Positions 11,089 to 21,806 of a stretch of 64,000 nucleotides of DNA are shown here, piece by piece. The position numbers and the translations under genes were made by a program. Under the pieces are notes generated by a model. That model had not been told where the DNA came from and made no database searches. It saw only the letters and a program-made list of their open reading frames with translations. How positions within the stretch are numbered: position 1 is the first letter of the stretch; each line of letters begins with the position of its first letter. The DNA is from an uncultured Prochlorococcus sp. (GTDB lineage Bacteria > Cyanobacteriota > Cyanobacteriia > PCC-6307 > Cyanobiaceae): NCBI GenBank assembly GCA_902625845.1, contig CACOCT010000004.1:2778-66777 (forward strand), written 5' to 3'.

Positions 11089-12678
11089 ATGCATAAATTA
11101 AAATACTTAAGAAAAAAAGTTTATATAACTTGTACTTTAATCGCCATTTTTTCTCAATATTCATGTACCAAAAAAATTAATACTTCTCAAAATATATCAA
11201 TTGCGAGTTCAGGGAAAATTGAATCTATAGATCCCGCGAGAGCTAATACTCTCAAAGCCTACCAACTATTACATGCCTTAGGTGATACTCTTTATGAACT
11301 AAATAATGAAGGTGAATTAATCCCAAAACTTGCTGAATCTAAACCAATAATTTCCAAAGACAAGCTAAGAATTTATATTAAATTGAAAAAAAATATATTA
11401 TTTCATGATGGAACCCCATTTGATTCATCTTCTATGAAATTCACTATAGAAAGATTTCAAAATATAGGTACATTAAATTATATTCTAAATAATAAAATAA
11501 AATCAATAGAAACACCTTCAAAGGAATTACTAATAATTAATCTGAATAATCCATCAAGTTCAATAGAGGGTATATTAACCTCTGTAAATTTGACACCTAT
11601 TTCTCCAAATTTTTATAAAGATCACTTCGATAAATTTTTAAATGATAATTTTATTGGTACTGGAAAATATAGATTAAAAAGATTTTCTAATGAGATACAA
11701 ACTTTATCACCTAATGTAAGTTATTGGAGTAATAAAACTAAAAATAATGGCATAAATTTTATTGGATATAACAGTTCTTCAACTTTATATGGTGCCTTTA
11801 TAAGTAAACAAGTTGATGTACTTTTATCAAACTCGATTGAAGATACTTTGCGTGCAAAACTAAATTTATTGGATCAGAAAAATAATCTCAAAGAGAGTGA
11901 AAGTGAACCAATAGAAATAAGCTTTATAAGTTTAAGGACAAATAAAATACCTTTAAATAATATAAATATAAGATTAGCTATCGCAAAAAGCTTAAATAGA
12001 CAATTAATAAGAAATAAGATAAGTTTTAATTTAAGAAATTCAGCATTATCACTAATTCCATTAATATTTAAAAAAGATAATTCTGTTTCTTGGCCAGATT
12101 TTGATCCTAAGGAATCTATAAGAATTTTTAGAGAGGAAGGTTATTGTGATGGCAATATTTTTAATTTACCGCTTACTTATAGATCTAATGTTCCTACAGA
12201 CAAATTAATAGCTTTTTATTGGCAGCAAAGTGTAAAAGCAGAAATGAAAGATTGTTTTTCTATAACCATTAACGGGGTAGAGTCTACAACTATTTATAAA
12301 AATTTAAGTAAAGGAATATATCCTGCAGTTATTCTTGATTGGACTGGTACATATTCAGACCCTGAGGCTTATCTCTCCCCTTTACTAAGTTGTGATAAAT
12401 TTATTAGAAATAATTGTTTAAAAGGTGAGTCTGTCTATAGTGGCAGTTTTTGGGCTTCAGAAAAGGTAGAGAAATTATTTAAAGAAAGTGATAATCTTAC
12501 GGGAGTTGAAAGATTGAAGAAACTTCTTGAGATAGAAAAAAGAGCCTCACAATCATTACCCTATATACCTATTTGGACATCTTCTCAGAAAGCTTGGTCT
12601 CAAAATTACATATCAAAACCAATTTTTAATAGTGCAGGAATTATCAATATGAGTGAACTGGTTAAAAATGAAAAGTAA
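11089..12678 (+). CDS. ABC transporter peptide-binding lipoprotein (family 5, DppA/OppA-like)
   Basis: N-terminal lipoprotein-like Cys; FHDGTPF and IGTGKY motifs. Confidence 0.88.
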   Translation: MHKLKYLRKKVYITCTLIAIFSQYSCTKKINTSQNISIASSGKIESIDPARANTLKAYQLLHALGDTLYELNNEGELIPKLAESKPIISKDKLRIYIKLKKNILFHDGTPFDSSSMKFTIERFQNIGTLNYILNNKIKSIETPSKELLIINLNNPSSSIEGILTSVNLTPISPNFYKDHFDKFLNDNFIGTGKYRLKRFSNEIQTLSPNVSYWSNKTKNNGINFIGYNSSSTLYGAFISKQVDVLLSNSIEDTLRAKLNLLDQKNNLKESESEPIEISFISLRTNKIPLNNINIRLAIAKSLNRQLIRNKISFNLRNSALSLIPLIFKKDNSVSWPDFDPKESIRIFREEGYCDGNIFNLPLTYRSNVPTDKLIAFYWQQSVKAEMKDCFSITINGVESTTIYKNLSKGIYPAVILDWTGTYSDPEAYLSPLLSCDKFIRNNCLKGESVYSGSFWASEKVEKLFKESDNLTGVERLKKLLEIEKRASQSLPYIPIWTSSQKAWSQNYISKPIFNSAGIINMSELVKNEK

Positions 12679-13690
12679 TATAAGAAACGTACTCAATTAC
12701 GCACTCATCAAGATATCTTTAATCCCTTTAAATTTATGGATTATATCTTCTTTAATATTCATACTTTTGAGAATTGCACCTGGAGACCCTATTGACGCAA
12801 TTTTAGGCTCTGGAGCAGACGATGAAGCGAGAGAATTAATGAGATTTAAGCTTGGTTTAAATCAATCGATACAAATTCAATACATAAACTATCTTAAAAA
12901 TCTAATAAATTTCAATTTAGGTGATTCTCTCAGTAATCAAGAACCTGTTATGGAAATAATTAGCGATGCACTTCCTGCCACAATTGAACTAGGTTTATTT
13001 TCAATTTTAATAGCTATGCTTATTGGTTTTCCTTTAGGATATATGGGCTTAAAGAATAAAAATAAAAAATATGATTATATTTCAAGAATAATAGGAATAA
13101 GTTCGTATTCTATTCCTCCTTTTTGGGGAGCTATGATGATGCAATTAATATTTTCTGTTATTTTAAGAGTCCTGCCCATTGGAGGAAGAATGCCAATAAC
13201 TGGAAATCCTCATAATATTACTGGATTTTTTATTTTGGATAGTATTTTAAAAAATGATTTTGATGCATTTCTTGGATCTATATATCATTTAGCTCTGCCC
13301 TCATTTACACTAGGATTCCTTTTAAGTGGTATTTTTAGTCGATCTCTAAGATCGAGTCTTGAGAAATCTTATAAAAGCGATTACGTAGATGCCGCTATTT
13401 GTAGAGGGATAAATGAGAGAAATATTCTATTAAATTATGCTTTGCCAAACGCATTAATACCCATTTTTACTATTTCCGGTTTTGCGATAGCTTCTTTAGC
13501 AGGTGGCGCATTACTGATTGAAGTTACCTTCTCATGGCCAGGTTTAGCATTAAAGTTGCAAGAAGCAATCTTACAAAGAGACTATAATCTTGTTCAAGGA
13601 ATAGTAATTGTTACTTCGATACTAATAATATCAATTAACCTACTAATTGATATTATTATTGCATTTTTCGATCCTCGAATAAATTATTAA
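12668..13690 (+). CDS. ABC peptide transporter permease (DppB/OppB-like)
   Basis: APGDP, LPATIEL, EAA-like loop, EVTFSWPG and DPRI motifs. Confidence 0.9.
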   Translation: MKSNIRNVLNYALIKISLIPLNLWIISSLIFILLRIAPGDPIDAILGSGADDEARELMRFKLGLNQSIQIQYINYLKNLINFNLGDSLSNQEPVMEIISDALPATIELGLFSILIAMLIGFPLGYMGLKNKNKKYDYISRIIGISSYSIPPFWGAMMMQLIFSVILRVLPIGGRMPITGNPHNITGFFILDSILKNDFDAFLGSIYHLALPSFTLGFLLSGIFSRSLRSSLEKSYKSDYVDAAICRGINERNILLNYALPNALIPIFTISGFAIASLAGGALLIEVTFSWPGLALKLQEAILQRDYNLVQGIVIVTSILIISINLLIDIIIAFFDPRINY

Positions 13691-15249
13691 TTGCTAAATC
13701 TCCTCAAATCTTTTTCTCCAAGAATATGGAAATTTAAATTTTCTATATTTTGCTTCTGAATAAATTGCAAGCCTTCTTTTTTATCAAGATCATTTAGAAA
13801 TTTTATAATTATTTTTAATGTAAGATTTTGAAATTCATAAGGATTTATACCAATAAAATTTTCTTGAATTTTAAAAACATCACTACTTTTTATTTGACTT
13901 ATATTTTTATTTACTACCCTTACTGGAGAGAAATGACTAGCACCTTCAACTATAAGAAATCTATTTAATTTATTTGATTCATTTGCTAAAAATAATTTAA
14001 ATTGTTCACTTACCAAAGGTGTAATCAAATCAAAAGTGCCACCAATAAATAAAATTGGGACATCGATACCTGAATTTTTTTTATTTGACCAAATCAAACT
14101 TCCAAAACTATTAAAACCAACTATGGCTTTTAATTCTTTAGATTTTTCAAATTCTGGAATAGGTATTTCTAATAATTGACATTGAAGCAGTTTTGATAAG
14201 TTAGTTAAAGCAAAATCAATTAAAGCATTTTCACATTTTGATAAAAATTCATTATTAGGTGGATTACCCACATATAGCATAGAGATTAAGGACCCAAGAG
14301 AATGTCCCATTAATATATATGAATTACTATTTTTAAAACCAAACTGATCTTGTTTATAAGCATTTATAACAGAATCCAAGTCTTTAAGGCGGTATAGATA
14401 AATATCTACTCCCTCAGGGAGTGCTTCATTACCCTTTATCGATGAATTCAATGCAACTGAATCACTGCCTTTATGCTCTATAAATATTACTGGCCAACCT
14501 TTTTTACTTAAACCATTACCTAGCCAATTAAAATTATCTATATCACCACCTAGTCCAGGCATAAAAATTATTAAATCTTTTTCTTTATTTATTTCTGGTA
14601 TCCAAATTTTTAGAGATAATGGTTCTTCTCGGTGATTTACTTTTAAGTTGATCCGATAAGATTTAGAATCTACATCACTTTTATCATTGAAGATAAAACT
14701 TATATTTTTCTTACTATTTTCTGAGAATTTTAATTTTTTAGTATAGTTTTGCTGCTCTTCTAAAGCTTTTTTCCAAGAGGATATAATTTTAATTAAATTA
14801 TCAACATCAAGTTGAATTTCTTCTTCCGGTATAGTTTTTAAAATATCAATTGTAGATACCTCCTCTTTTTGTTCTAATAATTTTTCAATAGTATTAAATA
14901 CTTTAATTCCATTAAGATCATTTGGGACTATAAAAGTATTGCTTAATTCAGAAAGAACTTTCTTTCCAATCCAACTTCTTAAAATTTGTTTTGAAAAACC
15001 ATCCTGTTTAAATATTGGATATTTTAAATATTTGGATAATTCAAAAATTGTTTCTAATCCATTATTCCTAAACCATTCTGTTATTTCAGTAGAATCTTCA
15101 TTAAGTTTATCTAATCTTGATAATTCATCTATTGAAATTGGGATAAACATTTCTTCAAATTTAATATTTATCTTTTCAGCAGCTTTTAAAGTAAAGTTTG
15201 CTGAAAAGAAATTTAAAAAACTCAAACAAATTAAAAAAATGAATTTCAA
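13687..15249 (-). CDS. Alpha/beta hydrolase with N-terminal DUF1400-like region
   Basis: Signal peptide; PGLGG, GHSLG and GASHFS motifs. Confidence 0.8.
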   Translation of the reverse strand: MKFIFLICLSFLNFFSANFTLKAAEKINIKFEEMFIPISIDELSRLDKLNEDSTEITEWFRNNGLETIFELSKYLKYPIFKQDGFSKQILRSWIGKKVLSELSNTFIVPNDLNGIKVFNTIEKLLEQKEEVSTIDILKTIPEEEIQLDVDNLIKIISSWKKALEEQQNYTKKLKFSENSKKNISFIFNDKSDVDSKSYRINLKVNHREEPLSLKIWIPEINKEKDLIIFMPGLGGDIDNFNWLGNGLSKKGWPVIFIEHKGSDSVALNSSIKGNEALPEGVDIYLYRLKDLDSVINAYKQDQFGFKNSNSYILMGHSLGSLISMLYVGNPPNNEFLSKCENALIDFALTNLSKLLQCQLLEIPIPEFEKSKELKAIVGFNSFGSLIWSNKKNSGIDVPILFIGGTFDLITPLVSEQFKLFLANESNKLNRFLIVEGASHFSPVRVVNKNISQIKSSDVFKIQENFIGINPYEFQNLTLKIIIKFLNDLDKKEGLQFIQKQNIENLNFHILGEKDLRRFSN

Positions 15250-15251
15250 TT

Positions 15252-16481
15252 GTGCTTAATCCTTATAGTTTGAAAACTGTAAAACTTTGGTGGATGCAAT
15301 TTCCTCTCCAATTAAAGTTAATTACTAAAATAAGATTTTTTGCCTCATTTGGTGCTGGAGGAGTAATTTATTTAACCTCACTTATCTTTAATAAGATAGG
15401 TCTTTCAGCAACTGAAATTGGACTTGGTTTTACTTTATCAGCAATTATTGGAACAATCACAAGATTTATTACAGGAAACTATCTAAATAAAAATAAAGAT
15501 ATTCAAAATCCATTAAAAATTTCATCTTTATTAAGCATATTTGCAAGTCTTTGCCTAATAATTTCTAAAGACTCAACTTCTTACATTATTGGACAATTAT
15601 TTGTGGGTGCATCTGCAGGAATATATTGGCCCACAGCAGAAATTTCAGTTCCGTTATTGTGTAATCCTATTAAGACCTCAAGAGCCTATGCCTTAGTTAG
15701 AAGTTCAGAAGCATTAGGAATCTTTCTGGGTGTTTTTACTGGCAGTATCTTTAATTCACTAATTTACTTCAAAGCAAATTTTATAAACGATATTTTAAGT
15801 ATGATAATTATCATTCTACTTATCCAGAGAAATAGAGATATTATTTTTAAAGCCTTAAATAGTTTTGAGATTAACAATAAAAAAGATGAACTAATAAGTA
15901 ATAATAAATGGCATACAAATACCAAAATAATAATCGCTTCAATTATTCTTTTAACTACCTGTCTTGCATTAATACAAGTAACATTACCATTAGATTTTGT
16001 AAAAGGTGGAATAGCAAGAGCATCAATTAATAAAGGAATAACTAGTTATATAATTTCTGGCCAACTAATTTTATTATTCATATTGCAGTGGCCCATTGGA
16101 AATTGGTTATCTTCAAAAAACAAACTTTTTGGTCTTAAATTCAGCATTATTAACTTTGGAATAAGTACCTTTCTTTTATTTATCTCAAGTTATTCCTTGA
16201 CTTATGGTATATATATAATGTTACTAGCGATAATTTTCTGCAGTATTGGGACTTCATCATTCCTGCCCACCTCTTCAGATATTGTATTCGGGATTGCTCC
16301 AATAAATAGAAAAGGTTTTGCCTTAGCAATACTATCTCAGTGCTTTGCAATAGGATATTTTATAGGCCCAATTCTTTCTGGAAGCGTATTAGATTTTTTG
16401 GGCAATGCATCATTAATTTGGTTATTTATTTCCTCAATTTGTTTCTTAATATCAATTTTTCTACTTAACAAAAAATTTTAA
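15252..16481 (+). CDS. MFS transporter
   Basis: About 12 hydrophobic segments; true start may be slightly downstream. Confidence 0.8.
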   Translation: MLNPYSLKTVKLWWMQFPLQLKLITKIRFFASFGAGGVIYLTSLIFNKIGLSATEIGLGFTLSAIIGTITRFITGNYLNKNKDIQNPLKISSLLSIFASLCLIISKDSTSYIIGQLFVGASAGIYWPTAEISVPLLCNPIKTSRAYALVRSSEALGIFLGVFTGSIFNSLIYFKANFINDILSMIIIILLIQRNRDIIFKALNSFEINNKKDELISNNKWHTNTKIIIASIILLTTCLALIQVTLPLDFVKGGIARASINKGITSYIISGQLILLFILQWPIGNWLSSKNKLFGLKFSIINFGISTFLLFISSYSLTYGIYIMLLAIIFCSIGTSSFLPTSSDIVFGIAPINRKGFALAILSQCFAIGYFIGPILSGSVLDFLGNASLIWLFISSICFLISIFLLNKKF

Positions 16482-16489
16482 AATAAAAA

Positions 16490-16858
16490 TTATTTTGAAT
16501 TAATTTCAATGATTCTTCTTTCTCTAAGAAACAAAAAAAAAGGAGCTGAAAAAGCAAATGCAATTAAGAAAGTTCCCAAAAATACAATCCACATATTTTT
16601 TATCTTCAGTTTTCTTGATTCATTAACAATCCAGATAAAAACAGCACTAGCTCCAATTAATAGATCTCTGGATATTGATTCTGCCGCCGGATTTGCATTT
16701 GCCAATTTAATAAATTGATTGATATCAAAGCCTGATCCATACTCCATAGCAAAATTAAAATTCGATATCATCGGGAGGATTGCCCCCAGAATTGATATAA
16801 ATAAGTATAAGTAACTAAGAAAATATTTATTATCTTTTAATAAACTGAAGAAATTCAT
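16490..16858 (-). CDS. Membrane protein, DUF2834-like
   Basis: ANPAA..SRDL and PFFLFLRER pattern with TM helices. Confidence 0.7.
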   Translation of the reverse strand: MNFFSLLKDNKYFLSYLYLFISILGAILPMISNFNFAMEYGSGFDINQFIKLANANPAAESISRDLLIGASAVFIWIVNESRKLKIKNMWIVFLGTFLIAFAFSAPFFLFLRERRIIEINSK

Positions 16859-16897
16859 GACTATAGTTTTAATTTAATAGTAGAGACTTTTATTTTA

Positions 16898-17773
16898 ATG
16901 GTAGAAAACAAAAATTATTCAATTAGTAAAAATAAATACAATAAAGGGAATTTAAAATTTGCGGTTATTGGGCATATTGAATGGATAAATTTTCTTAAGG
17001 TTGATTTATTACCTAAACCTGGAATTATCTGTCGAGCAAATAGGTCATTAGAGCTTCCAGCAGGAGGCGGGGCTTTAATTGCTAAAACACTCTATGAGCT
17101 CTCAAATAATGAGATCCATTTCTTCACTTCATTAGGGAAAGATTATTATGGAAAAAAAAGTTTTGAATTCTTTGAAAAGATTGGAATAAATCTTCATGTA
17201 GCATGGAGATCTGAAGCGACTAGAAAAGGATTTAGTTTAATTGATAAAAATGGAGAAAGATCAATAACTACAATTGGGAAGAGATTAGCTCCCTCTCATA
17301 ATGATAATTTAGATTGGAATATTCTTCGTGATATGGATGGAATATTTATAACTGCTGGAGATAATAATTTGTTCAAAAAAGCTCGAGAAGCAAATATACT
17401 ATGCACAACTCCAAGAGTTGGAATTGATTTAATAAATCAATCAAAAGTAAGCTTAGACGCCTTAATTGGGAGTAATTTAGATCCTGATGAGTCTTTTTTA
17501 TTATCTGACTTAAACAAAACACCAAGATATATAATTAAAACAGAAGGTGAGCATGGTGGAATATACATTCCAGGAGGACGATTTAAAGCGATTAATAATA
17601 ATGATATAAAGATCGATTCATATGGATGTGGAGACTCATTTGCAGCAGGGATACTTTATGGTTTAGCTGGAAATTGGCCTATTGAAAAAGCACTAAAATT
17701 AGGTAAAGTATTAGGAAGAAATTGCGTGGAACATTTTGGACCATATCCCAATATGAAAAAAATAATTACATAA
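16898..17773 (+). CDS. PfkB/ribokinase-family sugar kinase
   Basis: AGGG, GERSI and DSYGCGDSFAAG motifs. Confidence 0.88.
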   Translation: MVENKNYSISKNKYNKGNLKFAVIGHIEWINFLKVDLLPKPGIICRANRSLELPAGGGALIAKTLYELSNNEIHFFTSLGKDYYGKKSFEFFEKIGINLHVAWRSEATRKGFSLIDKNGERSITTIGKRLAPSHNDNLDWNILRDMDGIFITAGDNNLFKKAREANILCTTPRVGIDLINQSKVSLDALIGSNLDPDESFLLSDLNKTPRYIIKTEGEHGGIYIPGGRFKAINNNDIKIDSYGCGDSFAAGILYGLAGNWPIEKALKLGKVLGRNCVEHFGPYPNMKKIIT

Positions 17774-17793
17774 AGTCTTTTTGTTAAATCAAA

Positions 17794-17979
17794 ATGAAAA
17801 ATAATAAAAAATTTAATAAGTTTGTAGATATTTATATATTTACAATTATATTTTTAATAATTTTATTTTATAAATCTCTAAGAGACCTTATAGAAGTTTT
17901 TTCTTATGGCATTTTAAAAAAAGAAATTTTAACTGAAGAGAGTAATATAGGTTTTGATATCAAAATAAAAATGAAATAA
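17794..17979 (+). CDS. Small hypothetical membrane protein
   Basis: ATG start, one TM segment, tight packing with both neighbours. Confidence 0.5.
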   Translation: MKNNKKFNKFVDIYIFTIIFLIILFYKSLRDLIEVFSYGILKKEILTEESNIGFDIKIKMK

Positions 17980-17980
17980 T

Positions 17981-18337
17981 ATGATGAAATATTTTCTAAC
18001 ATTCATTGGCCTAACATCGTTTTATTTTATCTTTAGAAATAAATTCTTTTCGAATAAAAGAATGAATAAAATGAAAAAATTTAAAAACAAATTTACAAAT
18101 AAAGAAGCAAAAATAGAAAAGATTTTTTTAAGAAATAATGAAAGACTAATTAAAGATCCAAATATTGATTTAATAATAGGTTTATACGAAAAAGATAATG
18201 ACTTAAAACTAAAAACAAATATCCACAGAGCCAGACTTGCTAAATTTAACAAGTCAAAATTGAATGGAGAATTTATTTATAAAGATTTAAAAGGTAATAT
18301 TTACAAAATTATAAATAAAAACAAAATATATATTTAA
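17981..18337 (+). CDS. Hypothetical basic protein with N-terminal membrane anchor
   Basis: 118 aa ORF starting 1 nt after the previous stop. Confidence 0.65.
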   Translation: MMKYFLTFIGLTSFYFIFRNKFFSNKRMNKMKKFKNKFTNKEAKIEKIFLRNNERLIKDPNIDLIIGLYEKDNDLKLKTNIHRARLAKFNKSKLNGEFIYKDLKGNIYKIINKNKIYI

Positions 18338-18340
18338 AGG

Positions 18341-18859
18341 CTAACTACATTCCAAACTATCTCTGGTAGCTACTCCTGTTGTTGGATTAACTCCATCCGC
18401 AATTTTACATAAATTTCTTTGATCTTCACTATCCAGTATTGCAAATGTAAAATCTGCTCCATCAATTTGTGCACCTGCGAAACTACTACCAGAAGCAATC
18501 ATATTTACTAAAACAGCATTTCTTAGATCAGTTTTTTGAAAATTAACCCTATCAGATAAAGTATCAGTTAAATCAATCCCATTTAAATTTGACCCCTTTA
18601 AATCTGATAAAGTTAAAGTGGTTCCATGTAAATCAACGTCACTAAAATCTGCGTCTCTCGCAACTGCGCCAGCTATTGAAGACAAATGCAAATCTTCTCC
18701 ATGAAAATCGAATCCTGTGATATTTGAACGAACATAACTTGGAACTTCATCACCTTCACCTTTAACTGCCACATTAGCCCCTGCAAAAGCGGGTGCTGAA
18801 ATAAGTAAAATTGAACATACAAAACTTACAATATATTTTAAAAATACAAAAAATTTCAT
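18341..18859 (-). CDS. Exported pentapeptide-repeat protein
   Basis: Signal peptide (AFA), ADFSD/SDLKG/SNLNG/TDLRN repeats, C-terminal LC...GVNPTTG..TRDSLEC. Confidence 0.9.
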   Translation of the reverse strand: MKFFVFLKYIVSFVCSILLISAPAFAGANVAVKGEGDEVPSYVRSNITGFDFHGEDLHLSSIAGAVARDADFSDVDLHGTTLTLSDLKGSNLNGIDLTDTLSDRVNFQKTDLRNAVLVNMIASGSSFAGAQIDGADFTFAILDSEDQRNLCKIADGVNPTTGVATRDSLECS

Positions 18860-19228
18860 TCCACAAATAATTTAATATTTGCTTTATATTAAAGCAGTTT
18901 AACGATTATTTGCGAGCAAATTTAAAATAAAACATAGTTTTAAATTTTTTAAATTCAGTAATCAATAATTTAATATGTCGAAAATACCATTATTAATCAA
19001 CTTTTAAGAGATTAAAAATTATATGATTGGTAATTATAGGCTTAATTAATTTAGAAAAAATATAATGAGATTTAACTTCAAAAAATTCATTATCATATTT
19101 GATATATTCAATTTATTTAAGATCTCATAAATTAAAACGAATAAAATATTTAATGAATTCTTTTAAGATTATTTCTCCACTAGATTAGTAAAAATTAATC
19201 AGAGAACAAAATTTGTATGAAAAATTCT

Positions 19229-19507
19229 TTACATAACGAGTAATAATTTTTCTGTAGTGATTTGTTTTAAATTCGAATATGCCAAGTTTTCTTTTTGATC
19301 TTTACTTGTATTAATAATTGAGGAGAGAATTATGTAAATTAAAGGAAAAGAAAACGAAAAAACTAATAATAAAGCTATTAATTGCTTTAATTGAATTATT
19401 GGTTTTTTTACTAAATCCTCACCGCATAATCCACATACTAATGTCCCATTATTTTCTTTAGAAAATTGATATTTGGGATTGCAATAGGGACAATAGTATC
19501 TTTTCAT
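19229..19507 (-). CDS. Hypothetical Zn-ribbon plus TM protein
   Basis: CPYC...CGLC followed by a hydrophobic helix. Confidence 0.7.
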   Translation of the reverse strand: MKRYYCPYCNPKYQFSKENNGTLVCGLCGEDLVKKPIIQLKQLIALLLVFSFSFPLIYIILSSIINTSKDQKENLAYSNLKQITTEKLLLVM

Positions 19508-19510
19508 AAA

Positions 19511-20602
19511 TCATACGTTGAATAAAAATTCCATTACATCACCCTCACAAACTACATATTCTTTTCCCTCACTTCTTAAAAGCCCTTTATTTTTTGCATT
19601 TGCGATTGATCCAGAATTTATTAAATTTTCATATGAAATTGTTAAGGCTCTTATAAATCCTCTTTCAAAATCAGTATGAATTACTCCTGCTGCTTGTGGA
19701 GCAGTCATCCCACTTTTTATTGTCCATGCCTTCGTCTCTTTCTCACCAGTTGTAAAATATGTTTTTAGCCCTAATAGTTTATAAGTTGCTTTAATGAGTG
19801 AAGATAATCCTCCTTCTTTAACACCTAAATTATTAAGATAATCCATTTTTTCTTCAATATCCAGATCAACCAATTCTGATTCAACTTGAGCAGAAATTTT
19901 TACACATTCAGCTTTCTCATTACTTGCAAATTTAATTACTTTTTCAGAGTAATTATTACCTTTCTCTAAATCACTCTCACTAAGATTAAGAGCATAGATA
20001 ATTGGTTTAGCTGTTAAAAAACCTAATTGTTTAATTATTATGTTTTCTTCATAACTTAAATCAATGGATCTAACTGGCATTCCACTCTCAAGACTTAACT
20101 CTATTTTTTCAAGTATCAAGTCCTCAGTCGCTGCATCTTTATTTGTTCTTGTTTGTTTTTTTATTCTCCCTCGTCTTTTTTGCAGCTGACTTAAATCTGC
20201 CAAGTTAAGTTCTAAGTTAATTATTTCTATATCATCTAGCGGATTAACTTTCCCTGATACATGAATAACTTCATTATCATCAAAACACCTAACTACATGA
20301 ACGATTGCATCTACTTCTCTTATATTTGAAAGAAATTTATTTCCAAGCCCTTCACCTTTGCTAGCACCCTTTACTAATCCAGCAATATCAACAAATTCAA
20401 TTTTTGTTGGAATTTTATTATGACTTGAACTTAATTTACTGAGTTCCTCTAGCCTTTTATCAGGGACTGAAACTATTCCTTTGTTAGGTTCAATTGTACA
20501 AAAAGGGAAATTAGCAGCTTGAGCTTTTGAATTCTCAACAAGTGCATTAAATAAAGTTGATTTACCAACATTTGGTAATCCTACAATTCCTGCTTTCAAC
20601 AT
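19511..20602 (-). CDS. ychF: Redox-regulated ATPase YchF
   Basis: GLPNVGKST, FCTIEPN, DIAGLV motifs and TGS domain. Confidence 0.97.
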   Translation of the reverse strand: MLKAGIVGLPNVGKSTLFNALVENSKAQAANFPFCTIEPNKGIVSVPDKRLEELSKLSSSHNKIPTKIEFVDIAGLVKGASKGEGLGNKFLSNIREVDAIVHVVRCFDDNEVIHVSGKVNPLDDIEIINLELNLADLSQLQKRRGRIKKQTRTNKDAATEDLILEKIELSLESGMPVRSIDLSYEENIIIKQLGFLTAKPIIYALNLSESDLEKGNNYSEKVIKFASNEKAECVKISAQVESELVDLDIEEKMDYLNNLGVKEGGLSSLIKATYKLLGLKTYFTTGEKETKAWTIKSGMTAPQAAGVIHTDFERGFIRALTISYENLINSGSIANAKNKGLLRSEGKEYVVCEGDVMEFLFNV

Positions 20603-20743
20603 ATAAATAAATTTCCTCAGAAATTAATCAAAGAGTATTTATAAGTAATATAATAAAAACTATCTAATCTCTATTTCAAAAAGTAATATTTTGTTGATTA
20701 GTTTTCAAAGAATTTTTATTTCAGAATAAATCTTAAAACAAAC

Positions 20744-21802
20744 ATGCTTGAGCTAATAAAAAAAAATCTTAATTTCAAATCAGGAATATTAATTTTTATA
20801 ATTGCTAGTTTTGTAATCTTCGTATCAAACAATATAAAAAAAAATAAACCTAAAGATATTTCTAATTATGTAGTCGAAGTAAAAAAAGGATTACTTTCGG
20901 AGAGTATAAATAGTAGTGGAGAAATAAAAGCAATAAAAACCGTAAAGATAAGTCCTCGTAAACCTGGATTTATTCAAACTCTTCTTGTTGAAGAAGGGGA
21001 TAAAGTTAAGAAGGAACAGCTATTAGGAACTCTTGATGATAAAGAATTTAAGTTTAAATTAAAAGAATTAAAAATTAGGAATGACAAACAAAAATCTGAT
21101 TTTTTAAGAAGAGAATATCTTTATAATGAAGGTGCTATAAGTAAAGAAAATTTCGAAGACTTCAAAACCAAATACAATACGTCAAGGGCAAAACTTAATG
21201 ATGCAATATCTGAAGAAAGCTTTTATCTCATAAAATCTCCTTTTTCAGGAATTATTACTTCTAAATACGCAGAAATCGGATCTTATGTAGCACCTATTGC
21301 AAATATGAGCTCAAATACTTCAGCAAAGAATTTTATTTTCGAATTATCAGATGGGATTGAAATAATTGCAAAGGTACCTGAAAGTGATATAGGTCGAATA
21401 AAAATTGGGCAAGAAGCCTTGGTAATAATTGAATCATACCCTTCTAAAAAATATCAAGCAAAAATTATAAAGATTGCACCAAGAGCAATCAAGGACAACA
21501 ATGTGACTTCTTTCGAGGTGACATTAAGATTTAAAGAAATTTCTGATGATATAAAAATTGGGATGACAGCTGATTTAGAATTTAAAGTAGAAAACGATAT
21601 CGAAAAAATCTTAGTACCAACAGTTTCTATAGTTACTGAAAACGGAAAAAAAGGGATATTAAAACTAGATAAAAATAACTTTCCAAAATTTGAAGAGGTA
21701 GAATTTGGTATTAGCAGTGGAAGTCAAACTTCGGTAATTAATGGGCTAAAACCAGGAGAAAAAATATTTATTGATATTCCTCCATGGTCTAAGAGAAAAT
21801 AA
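20744..21802 (+). CDS. Periplasmic adaptor (membrane fusion protein, HlyD/MacA-like)
   Basis: Lipoyl-hairpin motifs V.EGD.V and IKSPFSG; C-terminal GLKPGE. Confidence 0.88.
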   Translation: MLELIKKNLNFKSGILIFIIASFVIFVSNNIKKNKPKDISNYVVEVKKGLLSESINSSGEIKAIKTVKISPRKPGFIQTLLVEEGDKVKKEQLLGTLDDKEFKFKLKELKIRNDKQKSDFLRREYLYNEGAISKENFEDFKTKYNTSRAKLNDAISEESFYLIKSPFSGIITSKYAEIGSYVAPIANMSSNTSAKNFIFELSDGIEIIAKVPESDIGRIKIGQEALVIIESYPSKKYQAKIIKIAPRAIKDNNVTSFEVTLRFKEISDDIKIGMTADLEFKVENDIEKILVPTVSIVTENGKKGILKLDKNNFPKFEEVEFGISSGSQTSVINGLKPGEKIFIDIPPWSKRK

Positions 21803-21806
21803 CTCT

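Noticed and set aside
15249-15252. Divergent starts only 2 bp apart
   Set aside because: Probably a start-calling artefact; the MFS gene has later in-frame GTG/ATG codons.
18341-18859. Periodic sequence as a possible repeat array or CRISPR
   Set aside because: These are protein-level pentapeptide repeats. I saw no DNA repeat-spacer structure or cas gene in the window.
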